A DNA stretch of 61,953 nucleotides, the filler included. It is 9 parts of 9 records of this genome, joined end to end, with 100 filler letters (N's around TTAATTAATTAA, not from the genome) between each part and the next. Parts side by side here need not be neighbours in the genome. Positions count along the whole stretch, not along the records: positions 1 to 6,822 come from SRR7504441_1640; positions 6,923 to 12,376 come from SRR7504441_1641; positions 12,477 to 15,755 come from SRR7504441_1644; 6 more parts are not named here. One strand, written 5' to 3'. Shown piece by piece: positions 1 to 13,432 of the stretch. The notes beneath the pieces are model-generated. The model was not told the DNA's origin, did no database searches, and saw only the letters and a list, made by a program, of their open reading frames with translations. Position 1 is the first letter of the stretch. Each line of letters begins with the position of its first letter. The translations under genes and the position numbers were made by a program.

Positions 1-347
1 AGCGGCCACCCGAGCCGGTCAGAGCTCCCTAACGACATAGGCTCCTGATCCGCCGAGCAGTCCCGCCGCCGCTTCTTCCTGCGCGGCCCCCTTGCAGCAC
101 GCCCAGAGCCGTTTTTGGCAACACCACTTGGAGTCGATTTGGACCTGCATGCAGTGATCGAGTCGATCGGCGGCGTGTAGACCGGGCTGATGGGTGAATA
201 TCAGCGTCTGCTCGCGGCGAAGCAGGCACCGGGCTGGGCCAGGCCGCCTGGGCTGACCCGGCGGCGCAGGCCAAGGCGCAAGCGGCCCTCCGCGCCCGGG
301 CGGCAGGCTCGGCCGATGCGGGACGTGAAGGTCAGCCGGAGTGTATA

Positions 348-2308
348 ATGGCCGAGTCGCCCGCCAAGGAGTCGATATTCGGGCTGGTGGCCGAGTCGGC
401 GCCTCCGGCCACCAAGCTGGCCGACTCCCGGCTCAAGAAGCCCTCCAAAATCCCAGGCCCCAAGCCCCGCAAATCACCAAACCGCAAGACCCCAAACGTC
501 AAGCCGCGCGCCGAGCCCGCGCCCCCGCCGGAGCCCGCGCCCGAGCCCGCACCCGAGCCGGAGCCCGCGCCCGAGCCCGCGCCGGGGCCGGCGAGCCATC
601 GAGAGCCCGTGGAGCAGCAGGAGGACCCGCAGGCACGCGAGCTGGCGCTCCGTCGCGAGAAGCAGCGCGCGTATCAGGTGACAGGGCAGCCGGGCGCCCT
701 GAGCTGGCGGCAGGCGGAGCTGGCGGCGCAGGTGGCCGAGGCCCGGGCGAGGGCCGAAGCCGATAAGCAATGGCGGCGCGGGCCAGTCAGCCGACATGCG
801 AGCCCGCGGTGGCCAGAGCCGGAGCCTGCCCCAGCCGCACAGCCTTGCCAGATCAGCTCACAGCCCACTAGCTCGCAGCAGGCCAGGCCAGCCAGCCCGG
901 TGCAAGAATTGGCGACTTGCGGGCGGGAGCCAGCTGAGCCTGTGCGGGAGCTGACTGACGAGGAGCTCAGGCTGCAGCGGCGCAAGCAGCTCGTGTGGGG
1001 CGAGACCCCCGACCAGCAGGCGGCCCGGCAGCGAGCCGAGCGCGAGGCCTGGCAGCGGGAGGTGGCGGCCCAGATCGCCGAGAAGAAGGCCCGGAAGCAG
1101 CGCGAGCTCGAGGCCCAGCAGGAGGCTGACCGTCTGGACGAGCTCAGGCTGCAGCGCGAGCAGCAGCAGCTCAACCTAAAGTACACAGAGCTCAGAGCCC
1201 ACTCGGGCCCCGATACGGGCGCCCCGGTGGTGCACTCGCCCCCGCCGAGCATCGCCCCGTCGCCCAGAAAGCCCGAGCCGGTTCCAGCGCCCAGCTTGGT
1301 GCCTCGCTCGCGCGGGAGCCCCCGCAGGCCGGAGCCGCTGGTGCACTCGCCGGAGAGCATTGCGCCGTCGCCCCGGAAAGCCCAAGCCGTGCCGATGCCC
1401 AGTTTGGTGGCCCGATCGCCCCGGGGCACCCCCCAGAGGCCAGCCAATCCGCCGGAGCCTGGCAGGGTAGTGCACTCGCCACTGGCCGCCACAGTGCCAG
1501 AGCCCAACACGGCAGAGACGGAGGCGCTGCGCGCGGAGCTGGCGGAGGTGGCCGGTCTGTGGCTGGGTGGCGAGCCTGGGGCAGGTGCGGCGGGTGGCGG
1601 CTGAGGCAGTCGAGGCGCACCACGCGCTCGAAGGCCAGGTGGAGCTGCTCACCCGGGCGCTCAAACACAAGTCGCCCAAGCCGCAGCCCAGGCAGCCAAA
1701 GCGCCAGCCCGGAGCCAGTGCCCAGCCGGTCAACGGCGGCCGGAGCAAGTCGAGCAAGCCTGTGCCCGGCCGGAAGAAGTCGACGGACGAGCGGATCCGC
1801 GAGGCCAAGATCCGGCGGGAAGCGCTCGACCAGCAGGTGGAGGCCGCCCGGGCGAACAAGCAGCCGGCCAAGCAGCAGATGCCCCGCCGGGCTCGCAGGC
1901 CCAGCCACCCCGAGCTGGCGAGGCGGAAGCGGGTCGAGCAAGTGGAGGAGCCGGCCGAGTGCCTGGAGGAGGACCGGCCGCCCGTGGTGCCGGTGGTCAT
2001 AGCGTGCGGCTGATCGGCGGGGACAGCCTGAAGAGGAGCTGGACGGCCCTGCTAGTGTGATGCTGTACAGAGGGCAGCAGCGCGGGTGCACGCCGGAGGA
2101 GCTGCAGCTGATGGCCGGTGAGCCGGAGAGCGAGCAGTCGATGGCGCATGGGACCATGATGCTCGGGATGCAACAAGGCTGGTCGCCCAACATGGACATG
2201 CTCCAGCAAGCGATTCATGCGGCCCCAGTTAGGTCCCTAATGCCACAATGGGACGAGCAGGACGAGCGGCGATTCGTTCGCGGGCTCAGTCCAGTGAGCA
2301 GCGCTTGA
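348..2308 (+). CDS. Pro-rich/coiled-coil protein of unknown function (2 introns)
   Basis: ORFs 348-1604, 1567-2013 and 2057-2308 are joined by GT-AG introns at 1548-1584 (37 nt) and ending at about 2027. EPAP repeats; the segment WQREVAAQIAEKKARKQRE is CCDC66-like. Confidence 0.6.
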
Positions 2309-2532
2309 CGATCTAGCCATTCTAGTCGATATAATCAGTAGAAACGTAGCTTTGTTGATATGATTTACTATCCTGTAGATAATGATCTACGCACGCCCAG
2401 TCTTGACGATTTTCAATCCCGCCGTCCCGTAGCCGTCCCGCGGACTCCCGACTCCGCCGTGTGCCTCTTGCTGGCCTGAGCGGTCTTTGATTGACGTTGG
2501 ATCTCGCCAGTCCGCCCGGCGCTGACATCATC

Positions 2533-3324
2533 ATGCCGAAGGACACCTCCAAGATCGTGCTGTTCGATGTGGACGGCACGCTGACCATGCCGCGGCTGAC
2601 AGTGCAGCCCTGGATGCTCGAGGTGCTCGAGAAGCTCCGAGCCAAGGTCACGATCGGCGTCGTGGGCGGGAGCGACATGCCGAAGCAGCGCGAGCAGCTC
2701 GGGCAGGACTGCACTCAGCGATTTGACTACAACTTCGCCGAGAACGGGCTGAATGCGTTCAAGGACGGGGAGCAGTTTGCGGTGCAGAGCTTCAAGGACT
2801 ACCTCGGGGAGGACAACCTGAAGCGGTTCATCAACTTCACACTGCACCAGCTGGCGGACATCGACATCCCGATCAAGCGGGGCACCTTCATCGAGTTCAG
2901 GAACGGGATGCTCAACGTCTCCCCGATCGGCCGCGGCTGTGCCCAGGAGGAGCGGATGGCGTTTGACGAGTACGATAAGCAGCACAAGGTGCGGCGGGGC
3001 GGGGCGGCCGGTGAGCGCGGGCAGGTGCGCGAGCAGCTGATCGAGAAGCTCAAGGCCGAGTTCAAGGACCACGACAAGCTGTCCACGCTGCGGTACTCGA
3101 TCGGCGGGCAGATCTCGTTCGATGTGTTCCCGGAGGGCTGGGACAAGACGTACTGCCTGCAGTTCCTGGACCAGTTTGAGGAGATCCACTTCTTTGGGGA
3201 CAAGACCGCGCCCGGCGGCAACGACTACGAGATATACGAGAGCCCGCGCACTGTAGGACATAGTGTCACGTGCCCAGAGGACACGCGTAAGATCCTGAAC
3301 GAGCTGTTTGCCCTCGAAGAATAG
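2533..3324 (+). CDS. PMM: Phosphomannomutase (HAD family)
   Basis: Motifs [50 protein letters not shown]; in-frame 36-nt intron at 2989-3024. Confidence 0.97.
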   Translation: MPKDTSKIVLFDVDGTLTMPRLTVQPWMLEVLEKLRAKVTIGVVGGSDMPKQREQLGQDCTQRFDYNFAENGLNAFKDGEQFAVQSFKDYLGEDNLKRFINFTLHQLADIDIPIKRGTFIEFRNGMLNVSPIGRGCAQEERMAFDEYDKQHKVRRGGAAGERGQVREQLIEKLKAEFKDHDKLSTLRYSIGGQISFDVFPEGWDKTYCLQFLDQFEEIHFFGDKTAPGGNDYEIYESPRTVGHSVTCPEDTRKILNELFALEE

Positions 3325-3642
3325 AGAACTATTAGTAGCGTGAATGGCGCCGAATCACAATTTTGAACATCTTGATTCCATCTGTGTATAGGAGTTCGTA
3401 CGCACGTAATGTGCTCTGTTATACTAGCTATTGTACTGGCCACCGGCGAGGCTCTCGAGTATCTCGATCAATTGGCTGCTTATTGGCTTCTCATGGTTGA
3501 TTGTGTACAAATTCGTCAGTTTTCTGTCACGGATGCATAATTATGTTGAGGTCTTGAGAATACTACGGTATGAGGCTACGAGTCGTGGCTGTACTAAGCG
3601 TTTATTAGAACATCGACCAGAACAGAAAGGCTTAGAAGAGGG

Positions 3643-6157
3643 CTATCGCCGCTTGTAACGCTTTTGGCTTTTGAACGATTGGGAGCCCTTTTTGCTGCCA
3701 CCCGCTCGATTCCCCTTCTCCGCCATCTTATCTCGCATGTAGGACGAAGGCTTGCTCTTGGGAGCGCCAATCACAGAGTCCTCAAAGCTCCTAAGTTTTT
3801 CTTTCTTGGGTCGATTCCTCTCAGCTGACTCAGATTTCTTGAGCTTGGCTCCGACCGTCTTGTGTGCCTTTTGCATCTTTTGATTCATTTCGTAATCCTC
3901 ACCCTCCTCGGCCATGGCCATCTTCCGCCGGCGCTGCAGCCGCGACAGCCCAGCATTCGGGTCCCGCTTGCGCTTTGGGGCTGGGTCCGGTTTTGCTCCG
4001 GCCGGCTTGGCTCTGATCTTGCCGTTGCGGTCCTTCTCGAGCTGGCGGCCGGTCGCCTCGGTATACGCCTGCTCCTGGCTGGCAAACTTTTCCTGCGAGC
4101 TCTGGAACCAGCGCTTGGCCGGGCGGGCGTAGATCTCCTCCCGGTGGTCCATCATGTTCTGGGCCTTGCTGGCCTGCATCTCGGCCTGCCTGAGCTCCTT
4201 CTCGAGCCGCTCCGACTTCATCACCTCGATCACGTCGCGCTCGATCTCCTGGATCTGAACCACAGCTCAGCCGGGCCCGGCCAAACAAAGCACCTTGGCC
4301 GCCCAGTGCTCGACCAGGGAGGCGTCCACAGTGCGCGACTTGAGCTGGCTCTTCCTTAGCTTGGAGATCTCCTTGAGCACCTTGCGCCCCGGCCCATCCC
4401 CCACCAGAGTGATCGCGTGTCCGTCCCTGGCGGCCCTGGCGGTCCGGCCCACTCTGTGGATGTAGCTCTGGTGCATCTTGGGCATCTCGAAGTTGATCAC
4501 AGACTTGACCCCGGAGATGTCCAGCCCGCGCGCCGCGATGTCGGTCGCGAGCAGGTACGGCACCCGGCTGGTCTTAAAGTCCTCCAGCGCGTCCAGCCGC
4601 TGCTGCATGGTCATGTTCCCGTGCAGCTCGGCCGCCTCCAGCCCGAGCAGTCCGAACACGATCTTGAGCCTGTGCACCTTGGCCTTCCGGTCAAAGAACA
4701 CCAGCGTGCCTGCCACAAGTGATCACGCCCCAGCCAGCCAGCCACCCGACTGGAAGCTCCGCACGCACAGCGCGAGCACCATCGCCTCCCGGAGCGGCTC
4801 CTGCTCCGGCCGGACCCGGACGAACTCCTCGGTCAGCTTGAGCGCCACGCCCTGAGCACAGTCAGCTTGATTAGGGGGGGCGGCCGGACCATCTTCTGGT
4901 CGACTCGCACCCGGACAGGATTGTTGAGAGAGAGCGAGATCAGCCTGCCCGGGCGCTCACGGCCAGCAGGCCGGCTTGGCGCACTTGTTGACGTCCTCAC
5001 TGAGTGTGGCTGAGAAGAGCAGACTCTGGCGCTTTGGTGGGCAGCGCTTGAGGATCTCGTTGACTTGGTCTTTGAAGCCCATGTCGAGCATCCGATCGGC
5101 CTCGTCCAGCACCAGGATCTCAATCTGGCGCTCACTCAGCACCATCCGGCAGCCGAGCAACTCGCCGTGTCCAGACCAAACGAGTGCGCATTGCACAGGT
5201 GGTCTATCAGTCGGGCCGGGGTGGCCACTATCACGTCGGGGCACTTGGCGAGCGTGGCCTCCTGCGACTTGAACGAGAGCCCGCCCACCACCAGGCAGAC
5301 CGTGATGTCCGTGTGGGCGGCCAGTCGCTCTGCCATCGACTGGCACTGGACGGCCAGCTCGCGGGTCGGCAGCAGGATCAGCACGCGGATTGAAGCCACC
5401 CGCTTCTGCCGGTACAGCAAACGCTCCAGGATCGGGAGCAGGAAGGCTGCCGTCTTGCCCGACCCGGTCACCGCCGACCCGCAGATATCGTGCCCCATGA
5501 GCACGATCGGCACCGTCCTGGCTTGGACTGGGGTCGGCAGCTGCCGCCGGGCTGGCCGGGTGGCCGAGCGGGAGCGCACCTTGAACCCGCAATCCTTGAT
5601 GGCTCGCAGCAGCGGCTTGGACAGATTCATCTCCTGGAAACTGCCTGCCGCGCTGCCCTTCTCGCCCGGCTTGGGCTCTCGCGCAAAGTAGCCCCCGCGA
5701 TGCTCCTTTGGAAGGTTCTCCACCGCCACCTCCACTTGCTGCCACCGCAGGGTCAGTCAGCCGGCCGGCCAGATCTTGCTGCCTGCAGCCGCTGGTCGGC
5801 CAAGTCCTGCTCCTCCTCCAGCTTCCTGGGTTTCGCTCGCTCCTCGGCCTGACCCTCGGCCGGATCCTGTGGCTTGCTCCGGCCCTGCTTCTTCAGGTGG
5901 GCCCGGATATGCTCGTCTGTTGACCGGCCCACCGCTTTGGTGGCCGGATCCTTCCCAGTCTGCTCGAGGGTAGTCGTGCGGGCCTGTGCGGTGCTCCACA
6001 TGTCTGCCGGCCCGTCCTCGTCGCTGTCGTCGGCACCCAAGTCGTCCCAGCCGAACCCGCCCGCGCCCACCTGCAGCTCCTCCTCCTCGGAGTCCTCGTC
6101 CTTGTCATCGGCCTCGTCCTCGCTTCGTATGGTGCCGACAAAGTCTTCGGATGACAT
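3643..6157 (-). CDS. DDX27: DEAD-box RNA helicase DDX27/Drs1 (7 introns)
   Basis: [29 protein letters not shown] and HRVGRTARA motifs plus the Drs1-type C-terminus. Seven 36-44-nt introns restore the frame, including GC-AG introns at 5125-5165 and 5739-5782. Confidence 0.92.
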
Positions 6158-6435
6158 TAGATCTACGGGTGGCTCCCGCGCGCTGAGGGTGTGGACTAAC
6201 GGCAAGAAGCCTCGTCTATGCCGATGCTCGAAGCTCCGGTGACCAATGGCATCGTCCGGATCCGATTACACGCATTGTCAAACTGTACAGTACGCACGCG
6301 CAGCGGCGCGGTACGAGTAGCTACCTACTACGTGTAGACTCTAGAAGAGCTTTAAGAAAACCTCAAATGATTGTATGTAGATTGTATGCCTATTACTTTG
6401 TACCTAATAATTTAGCTATATTACCTCCGTAAAAC

Positions 6436-6822
6436 CTACTCATCACTGTCGCTACCAATGAATGCCCCCATCCTACCCTGCATAATTCGAGCAATTTGCA
6501 AAGTGCGCTCATCTAGGAATGGCGCAGCTTGAATTGTGACCCGTCGCTGATGGATGTCTTCCTCCGTATCGGAGTCTGAACCTGGCCCATCACACAGCAG
6601 TTTTCTCACTCTTGTCTTTAAAACTGGTGTCTTGACGGGAAGCGCCTTACCCGAGTGTTCTGGTGTCAAGTCATTCATCACAGCTGCTTCACTCGGCGGT
6701 GCCGGCACCGGTCCGCCTTTCACTTCGATATCAAGTGCACTCAAAAGCGGGTAACTGCCCCTCTGCTCCGACAAATGGCTGGTAAGCTCAGATTTGATCG
6801 CATCCTGCGTCTCCTCGCTCAC
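6436..6822 (-). CDS. 3' fragment of an unknown protein, running out of the gap
   Basis: Open frame from the contig edge to a stop at 6436; possibly the continuation of the 6923-9796 gene. Confidence 0.45.
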   Translation of the reverse strand: MSEETQDAIKSELTSHLSEQRGSYPLLSALDIEVKGGPVPAPPSEAAVMNDLTPEHSGKALPVKTPVLKTRVRKLLCDGPGSDSDTEEDIHQRRVTIQAAPFLDERTLQIARIMQGRMGAFIGSDSDE

Positions 6823-6922
6823 NNNNNNNNNNNNNNNNNNNNNNNNNNNNNNNNNNNNNNNNNNNNTTAATTAATTAANNNNNNNNNNNNNNNNNNNNNN
6901 NNNNNNNNNNNNNNNNNNNNNN
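6823..6922. other. Artificial contig linker (44N-TTAATTAATTAA-44N)
   Basis: Six-frame stop linker. Same structure at about 12377, 15756, 19772, 23492, 37319, 48568 and 56651. Confidence 0.98.
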
Positions 6923-9796
6923 CTGAGTCTTCGCCTCAGTGGCGGCGACTCTGGCCACGTTGAGTGCCTCCTCAAGCTCGCGGGCAAGGCTATTGTCCTC
7001 GTCGCTGCTGGTGGCGTATCCGCTGCACTTGCTCAGGTCGAGTGAAGGCACCCACGACGGCGTGGACGGGCTCGAGTTCGGCTTGACCAAGCTCAGTATT
7101 GGAGAAGCGTGTTGGTCGCCTGGACCAGACATTTGCTCTACCTGGGCCTGCGGTCTCCCGGGCTGCCTTTTCGTACCTGATAGCGCCATCTGGCGGACTT
7201 CTGGTGCTTGGTCCTTGCTCTGCACCGTTTGCTCTAAGTGTTCGAGCGCAGCGGCAGTTGTGAATTTGTCGAGGTCCGCGCGTGGCTGCGAGACAGCGCC
7301 CTGTGACCGTGGCGATGCAGTCCTCGGGGTCTCAGTGGCATCGATCACACCCACGGCTAGAGCCTCGGCAGTTCGATCCCGTGCCTGTGCGGGTGACTGA
7401 TGCCCGAGAGATGCCTGGTTCTGCCACGTATGAACGCACACCCCGATCTGCCCTCTCAGGTGAAAGACTAGCACCCTGTTCACATTGCGCATGGCGGTGC
7501 AAGTCGCGATTGCTGCCACATTAGGCGGCAGTGCATTCCGGGCCATGCCTCCCACGTACGCGTACTTGTAAGGGATGGGCTCGGATGTTTGAGCAATGAA
7601 GAAGCTGAGGTGCATGTTCTGGCGCCACTCCTCGAGATAGAGCCCGTTCTGGCCCTTGAGCAGGAAGATCAAGATTCTACTCATATTGCGTAGCACAATC
7701 ACTCCTGGGCTTGTGTGCCAGAGCTTGTCTTGTGGCTTCTCTTGCTGATTGCCGATCTGGGTTGCATGATCGCACCTTGCAGGAGCGTGCATGGTGGTCG
7801 CTCTAGCTGACCGCTTCCACCACTCGACTGCATCTTCGGTTGCCTCTCTCCAGATGAGAATAGACACACCGCCGAGCTTACGCAGAGCCTTGGCTTGAAG
7901 CTTCGCGACCACTCGATTTGCGGGACTCGGTGTGAGCCTGGCCTTATGACCAGCCGCCGCAGCCCTCCATTGATGCACCAGCTTGCAAGTGACACCTTTG
8001 GTGATACCTAAAATGACCGAAGCGATGCTCTTGAGAGAGCTTACCCTGAGTCTATGTTCGACGCTGTGCTTCTGGGCCGCAGCACGGAGGCGCCTTACCG
8101 AACTGCCCCAGTGGTGCAGGCACTGACCAACTAACCCCTTGCGCAACCTGTACAGTACCCGCGCGACGCTCTGGATCGCCTTGCTCTGTATCCTGCCAGC
8201 GAGCGCCTTCCGTTTCATTACCCCTCTGGCCTCGACAGCGTCGACCATCGCCTTTCGCTGCACCTCGAGGCTTTTGACCAGCTGGCTGGTGGTTGTGCCG
8301 ATTTCAACCTTGGCTTTGTGCTGCTGCCTATTATCTCTCCAGCTTTGTACCACAAGACCGATCAACCCCCAAACCACCAGCGCAAACACTCGCTTAATGC
8401 TGTGCGCTGCCCGGATGTGCCGGTGCGCCTTCTCAGCCTGCGCTCGCTCATCCCTGGTCGCCACCTTCCAACAGAGCACGCAAAGCCCGAGCTCACCCCG
8501 TACCATCAGCACCAACTGCCGATTCAACTCCCTAACCGCCCGGCTCTGCGCCATCCCCCGAAGCCTGCTCTGCTCTGACAGCATCTTAACCCGCCGCGTG
8601 TTGCCTTGCCAGGCCACAAGCAGCCGCCGAGCCGTCCCTTTCAAATGCGAGCCCAACACCCGCGACAACTCGGTCCCGAGAAGTTCGCGCATCTCCCGCC
8701 CTTCGCGCTCGGCGGCTCGCTGGTTCTCTAGCAGCTGCTGCTGCGCCGAGTTTAAGTCACTGCGCATTTCCGACGTCTCGAGCGCCCGCTTCAACTCAAC
8801 GGCCGCCTCCGCCTGCTGGGCCTTTGCCATCTTCTCCGCTGCCTCGATTGCTTCCCTCAACGCAACTGCCGCCTCCGCCGTCTTACACGCCCACACTGCG
8901 ACCGCCGCCGCGGTCCCGGGCGCGGTGTCGTTGAGCACCGACAGCGTGTGGCTCAGGGCCCAGCGCTTACGCTTCTCTTCCTGCACCATCTGAACCACCG
9001 CTGCCAGCGCCGCCGCCTGCTGCTCGCCGAAGGGTATCCCATCCAACTCCGCCCGGATCAAAGGCTCTGCCGCAAGGCACCTGTCCTCTGACCAGTGGTA
9101 CCGTCTGGCGCACAGCATCGCCTGCGGCCACTCGGCACACATCTCAGCGTACCGCCCGCCTGCCTCCAGCCCGTAACGCTCCTCAGCCTTCTCCACCTCC
9201 CACCCTGCGGCGTCCAGCGCTACCAGCAGCTCGCTGGCCGCCTTAGCCTGCTTCGCCTTCTCGGCCGCCTCCGCTGCCTCCAGCGTCTCCTTCAGCTCGC
9301 TAGCCACCTTGGCCTGCTTGGTCTTCGCGGCCGCCTCTGCTGCCTCCAGCGTCTCCTTCAGCTCGCTGCTCCGCCTTCTCCGCCGCCGGGCCGCCTCGGC
9401 CTGCTTCACCCTCTCCGCCACCGCTGCAGCCTTGGCCTCTGCTTCAGCTGCCGCCTCGGCCTGCCTCGCCTTCTCGGCCGCCACTGCCGCTGCCGCCTCA
9501 GCCGCCGCCAGCACCGCCGCGCGGAGCGGCCCGGTCAGCCGCAGCCTGAACCCGCCCAGACCCAGCGCGGTCCGCACGGCCTCTACGAAGCCCAGCCGTC
9601 CGTCCTCGGCCAGCCGCTCGCCCAGGGCCTTCGGGAGCTCGGGGCCGGCGTCCAGGCCGGTCTTGATCTGAATGCTGTCGAACATGTGAGCCAGCTGGGC
9701 CGGACCGAGCCGGCCGGTGGCCTCGGGGTCGAGCGCGTCGAACTCGACACGGAAGAACGCGAGCACCTCCGCCGCCTGGGCCCGGACAGCCTCCAT
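6923..9796 (-). CDS. EF-hand-like N-terminus, coiled coil and W-spaced helical (Sfi1-like) repeats; 3' truncated
   Basis: Long ORF from MEAVRAQ; FDALDPEATGRL EF-like loop; periodic W(R/K) repeats. Confidence 0.6.
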
Positions 9797-9844
9797 GCCT
9801 GGCCTTGCTCTCCTCCCCAACGCTGCGCCCGTTGAAAATCTCGC

Positions 9845-11032
9845 ATGGCCCGAAAGCAACTGGACGAGGCCGCTTTGCTGGGCCGGGAGCTGCCGCGGTG
9901 GGCGGTGCTCGGGGGCGGGGCTGCTGTTCTGCTGTTCGGCCTGGCGGTCGGGCTGGCCCTGCCGGCCGACCTGGGGGGGCATGGTGGGCCGGCCGCCCGG
10001 CGGGTGAGCTCTGTGCTCGGCTGGACCTATTTCGCCGCCTGGAGCGTGAGCTTTTACCCGCAGCTGTGGATGAATCACCGGCGGAAGAGCGTGGTAGGTG
10101 TGTCGTTCGACTACCTGCTCTATAACCTGATCGGGTTCACCTACTACTCCGTATACAACCTGTGCTTCTTCTACTCTTCAAACGTCCGGGCGGCCTATCG
10201 GAGCGGCCACGGCGGAAAGGACCCAGACGTGCAGCCCAACGACGTGTTCTTCGCGCTGCACGCCTGCTTGATCACGTTGCTCACCGCACTGCAGTGTGTA
10301 GTCTACGATCGGGGCGGGCAGAGGGTCACGCGGGTGGGGATGCTGGTCAGCGGCTGCTGCGTCTTGCTCGGTGCTGACCCCGAGGAGTGGGTTGGTGACC
10401 GGATCTGGGTGTGCAGCGGGGGCGTATGCGGTTGTGACGGCGCTGGTGGCACAGTCGCAGGCGGGGTTGTGGTCCTGGCTGCAAGTGCTGTACTTCCTGA
10501 GCTATGTAGCGCCGTAGGGTGCTGCACCGAGCTCACTAGACGCTAGGTGAAACTGTTTATCTCGACTATCAAGTACGTCCCGCAGGCCGCCTGACTAGCG
10601 CGCGCCCGGTGTGATGGCGGATGCAGGTCTGGATGAACGCATCGAGGCAGTCGACTCACGGCTGGAACATCTACAACGTGCTCCTAGACTTCTCCGGGGG
10701 GACGCTCTCCGTGGCCCAGCTCATATTCGATGCGAGCATCAAACGAGACTGGGCAGCCGCCACCGGCAATCCGGTCCGAGCTCCGCGAGACTGGCTCACT
10801 GATGAATATGTAGGTAAAGTTTGGACTTGGGTTTGCCTCGATGCTCTTTGACGTGATCTTTGTGCGTGGGCTATACATAGTCCTGAGCTGGCTTGGCCGT
10901 GACACTGCGGTGTAGGTGGTGCAACACTATGTGCTGTACAATCCGCACAACAAACTCAAGCTAGACCACGAAGTCGATAAGATCACCGACTTGAACGGGC
11001 TGCTTGCTGAAGGCGAGGACGCAAACGATTAA
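9845..11032 (+). CDS. CTNS: Cystinosin (lysosomal cystine transporter, PQ-loop), 5 introns
   Basis: GWTYFAAWSVSFYPQ, VQPNDVFFALHA, KYVPQ|VWMN, GWNIYNVLLDFSGG; C-terminal DLNGLL dileucine motif. Confidence 0.93.
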
Positions 11033-11186
11033 ATTGTGTCAAATTTAAATACTAAGGGCTGCCCACCGGCCTCGTGGCTCGTTGGCACCTTCGAATTCCT
11101 AGCTCGTCCGCCCACCTACGTAAGCCCACCAACCCCACCGCCTGGATTCTCTTGTTGTGCATCCGGTTTCACTAGCTCGCAGCACG

Positions 11187-11974
11187 ATGCGTGCAGCGAC
11201 CATCGCTGGTCTGTGCGCAGTGCTGGCGCATCAGGCGGCAGGCCGGTGCTTCCTGGACCACCCGGCGCTGGCCCCGAGCCCCGACTTCGGCCCGGACGTC
11301 ACCCAGCTCACCGACCGGCTGTTTGAGTCCCGCGTCTCCCGTCGGGTACCTGCCGCTGCTGCCCCGCGCCTCACCCCGGCCACAGACCGACGAGCTCTGG
11401 ATAATCTACTTCTACGCGCCGTGGTGCTCCCGCTGCGCCGCTTTTAAACCGGTGCGGCCGGTGCGCGGCCGGGCGAGCGGGCCTCAGGTGTTTGAGTGCC
11501 TGCCCGAGCGAGTGGGCTGGAGCGGGCGCGTGCCCAGGCTGTCCATTGGGGTGGTGGGTCCGGGAGCGGGGCCGGGCCGACCGGGCCGCAGATGAACTGC
11601 GAGGAGTTCCAGGGCTTTTGCGATGGGTGGGAGATCCATGATTACCCAATGGTGCCACCGGGGCGCTGTCGGCGGAGCTCCGGGGCAGGTTAAAGCTTTC
11701 TTTACCCCGAGCCTTCCCGACCAGGCGAGCATAGTCAAGCGGTTCCCGGCCACCCCGTCGGACGGCGACCCGAGGCTGCTGGTTCAGGCAGGCTCGCACG
11801 CTGGGCCGGGTTGAAACGGCTGCAGGAGCTGGTCCAGTGGACTAATGAAGAATTGGCTAGGCACGTGCCGATCGGGCGAGGTGCGGGCACCGAGGGTTGT
11901 GGGCGGCTGAGGCGGCTGCAGGTTTTAGTCTGAAGGACGTACACTTACCGCCTGTGAGGCTCGACACACTATGA
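11187..11974 (+). CDS. Secretory thioredoxin/PDI-like protein (6 introns)
   Basis: Signal peptide; FYAPWCSRC; MNCEE..FC..W.I.DYP; six 36-41-nt introns restore the frame. Confidence 0.8.
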
Positions 11975-12285
11975 TGCGAGCTACCTACGAGCTAGCGAAG
12001 CTTCGATCATGATCAAGTCGAGGTCGTCCAAGCTTACGTATTAATTCATCCGTGCATATTCCGTACATAATTTTACATCTAACTCGAAATTGCCCAGAGA
12101 GGGCTCTAGTCGTTCTAACTGCATGTGATAAAGACCTTTAATCATTTGATTTCAAAATGTCGTGCAAAATCTCAATTCGAACTCTCAAAAGAGTCGCGAG
12201 GGGATAATGCCACGTTGACTACGAACCATGCAAGCCTCGTGATCCGTGTCCGCGCAATAGTATGGCCTTGTACTGCATAACCAGT

Positions 12286-12376
12286 TTACATCTCATCATA
12301 GTAGTCCTCCTCCTCATCGAACTCGCCCTCGTCCTCAGCGGTGGCATCCTGGTACTGCTGGTACTCAGACACAAGG
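12286..12376 (-). CDS. TUBB: Beta-tubulin C-terminal fragment
   Basis: LVSEYQQYQDATAEDEGEFDEEEDYYDEM* at the contig edge. Confidence 0.95.
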
Positions 12377-12770
12377 NNNNNNNNNNNNNNNNNNNNNNNN
12401 NNNNNNNNNNNNNNNNNNNNTTAATTAATTAANNNNNNNNNNNNNNNNNNNNNNNNNNNNNNNNNNNNNNNNNNNNTGCAAGTATTGCGATCTCAATTAA
12501 CGCAAACAGTAAATTAACGCAGTCCTGCGCGTGGGTCCGTCCTGCGCGCCGGACGTACGTGTGAACCGGCGTGAACCGGAGCCTCTGAGCCTTCCCGCAT
12601 GACCGCCAATGATCGCTTTAGAACGCAGGGTTCATTTACGAGCCTGCATTCCTCGGTTTAGGGACTTTCCCAGAGGCGGGACCCATAACTGATTTCCATA
12701 ATCGGCCGGCACCAAACTGACGGTATTAATTAAATTGTTATCGCGAGCTTTTACGAGTACTTGAAGAATT

Positions 12771-13367
12771 TCAGCTGTGCAGATCGTGTAGCCACAGCTG
12801 CAGGATGTGTGCGGGCAGCAGCCCCGCCCGGAATAACTGCCGTTTCTCCTCCTCGGGCCGGGACTTGAACCCGCGCACCTCCCGGCCGCTCGCCTCGTCC
12901 GTGAACGGGGCGGCCATCTCCCACTCGGTGCAGCTGTAGTCTATGCTGAACGCCTCGCCGGGCGCAATCTCCCGCAGCGCCACAAAGTCCAACGGCTCGC
13001 TCGAGAACTGGACAATCCGCACGAAGCAGTTTGGCTCGAATGAGTGCGCGGTCCACCGGCCGTCGCCTGGCACCTCCATGTGCTGATCGGTGCTGACCAT
13101 TATGGTGTGCATGCCCGGGGTCGCCCGGAGCGGCCCGCCCTCCCTGAACAGCACCTCGCCCGCCCGGACCTCGCGCGCCGCAACGGTTTTGGTCCCCGAG
13201 CTGCCGTCCGCCCCGAGCTGCCGTGGGTCGCTCACCAGCGCAAACGCGGTGGCAGCGGCCGGGGCAGGCCGGGAGGCGGTCAGCGTATCCTGCCAGCAGG
13301 CCCGCACCGTGCGCCGGTACACAAGCCTGCTGCTGAGCAAACCTGGGCCGAGCCGGGCAGCCCGCAT
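12771..13367 (-). CDS. Small SET-domain protein
   Basis: [11 protein letters not shown] and [20 protein letters not shown] motifs; Arg-rich transit-like N-terminus; alternative ATG at 13394. Confidence 0.8.
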   Translation of the reverse strand: MRAARLGPGLLSSRLVYRRTVRACWQDTLTASRPAPAAATAFALVSDPRQLGADGSSGTKTVAAREVRAGEVLFREGGPLRATPGMHTIMVSTDQHMEVPGDGRWTAHSFEPNCFVRIVQFSSEPLDFVALREIAPGEAFSIDYSCTEWEMAAPFTDEASGREVRGFKSRPEEEKRQLFRAGLLPAHILQLWLHDLHS

Positions 13368-13432
13368 GGTGCTCCGATGCTGCTCTAACGGCATTTTGGA
13401 TCTCGCCCGACCTGCCGTGGACTTGCGCGTTG

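Noticed and set aside
6823-6922. Repeated TTAATTAATTAA flanked by Ns as a biological repeat
   Set aside because: Identical 100-nt six-frame-stop linker added during sequence concatenation.
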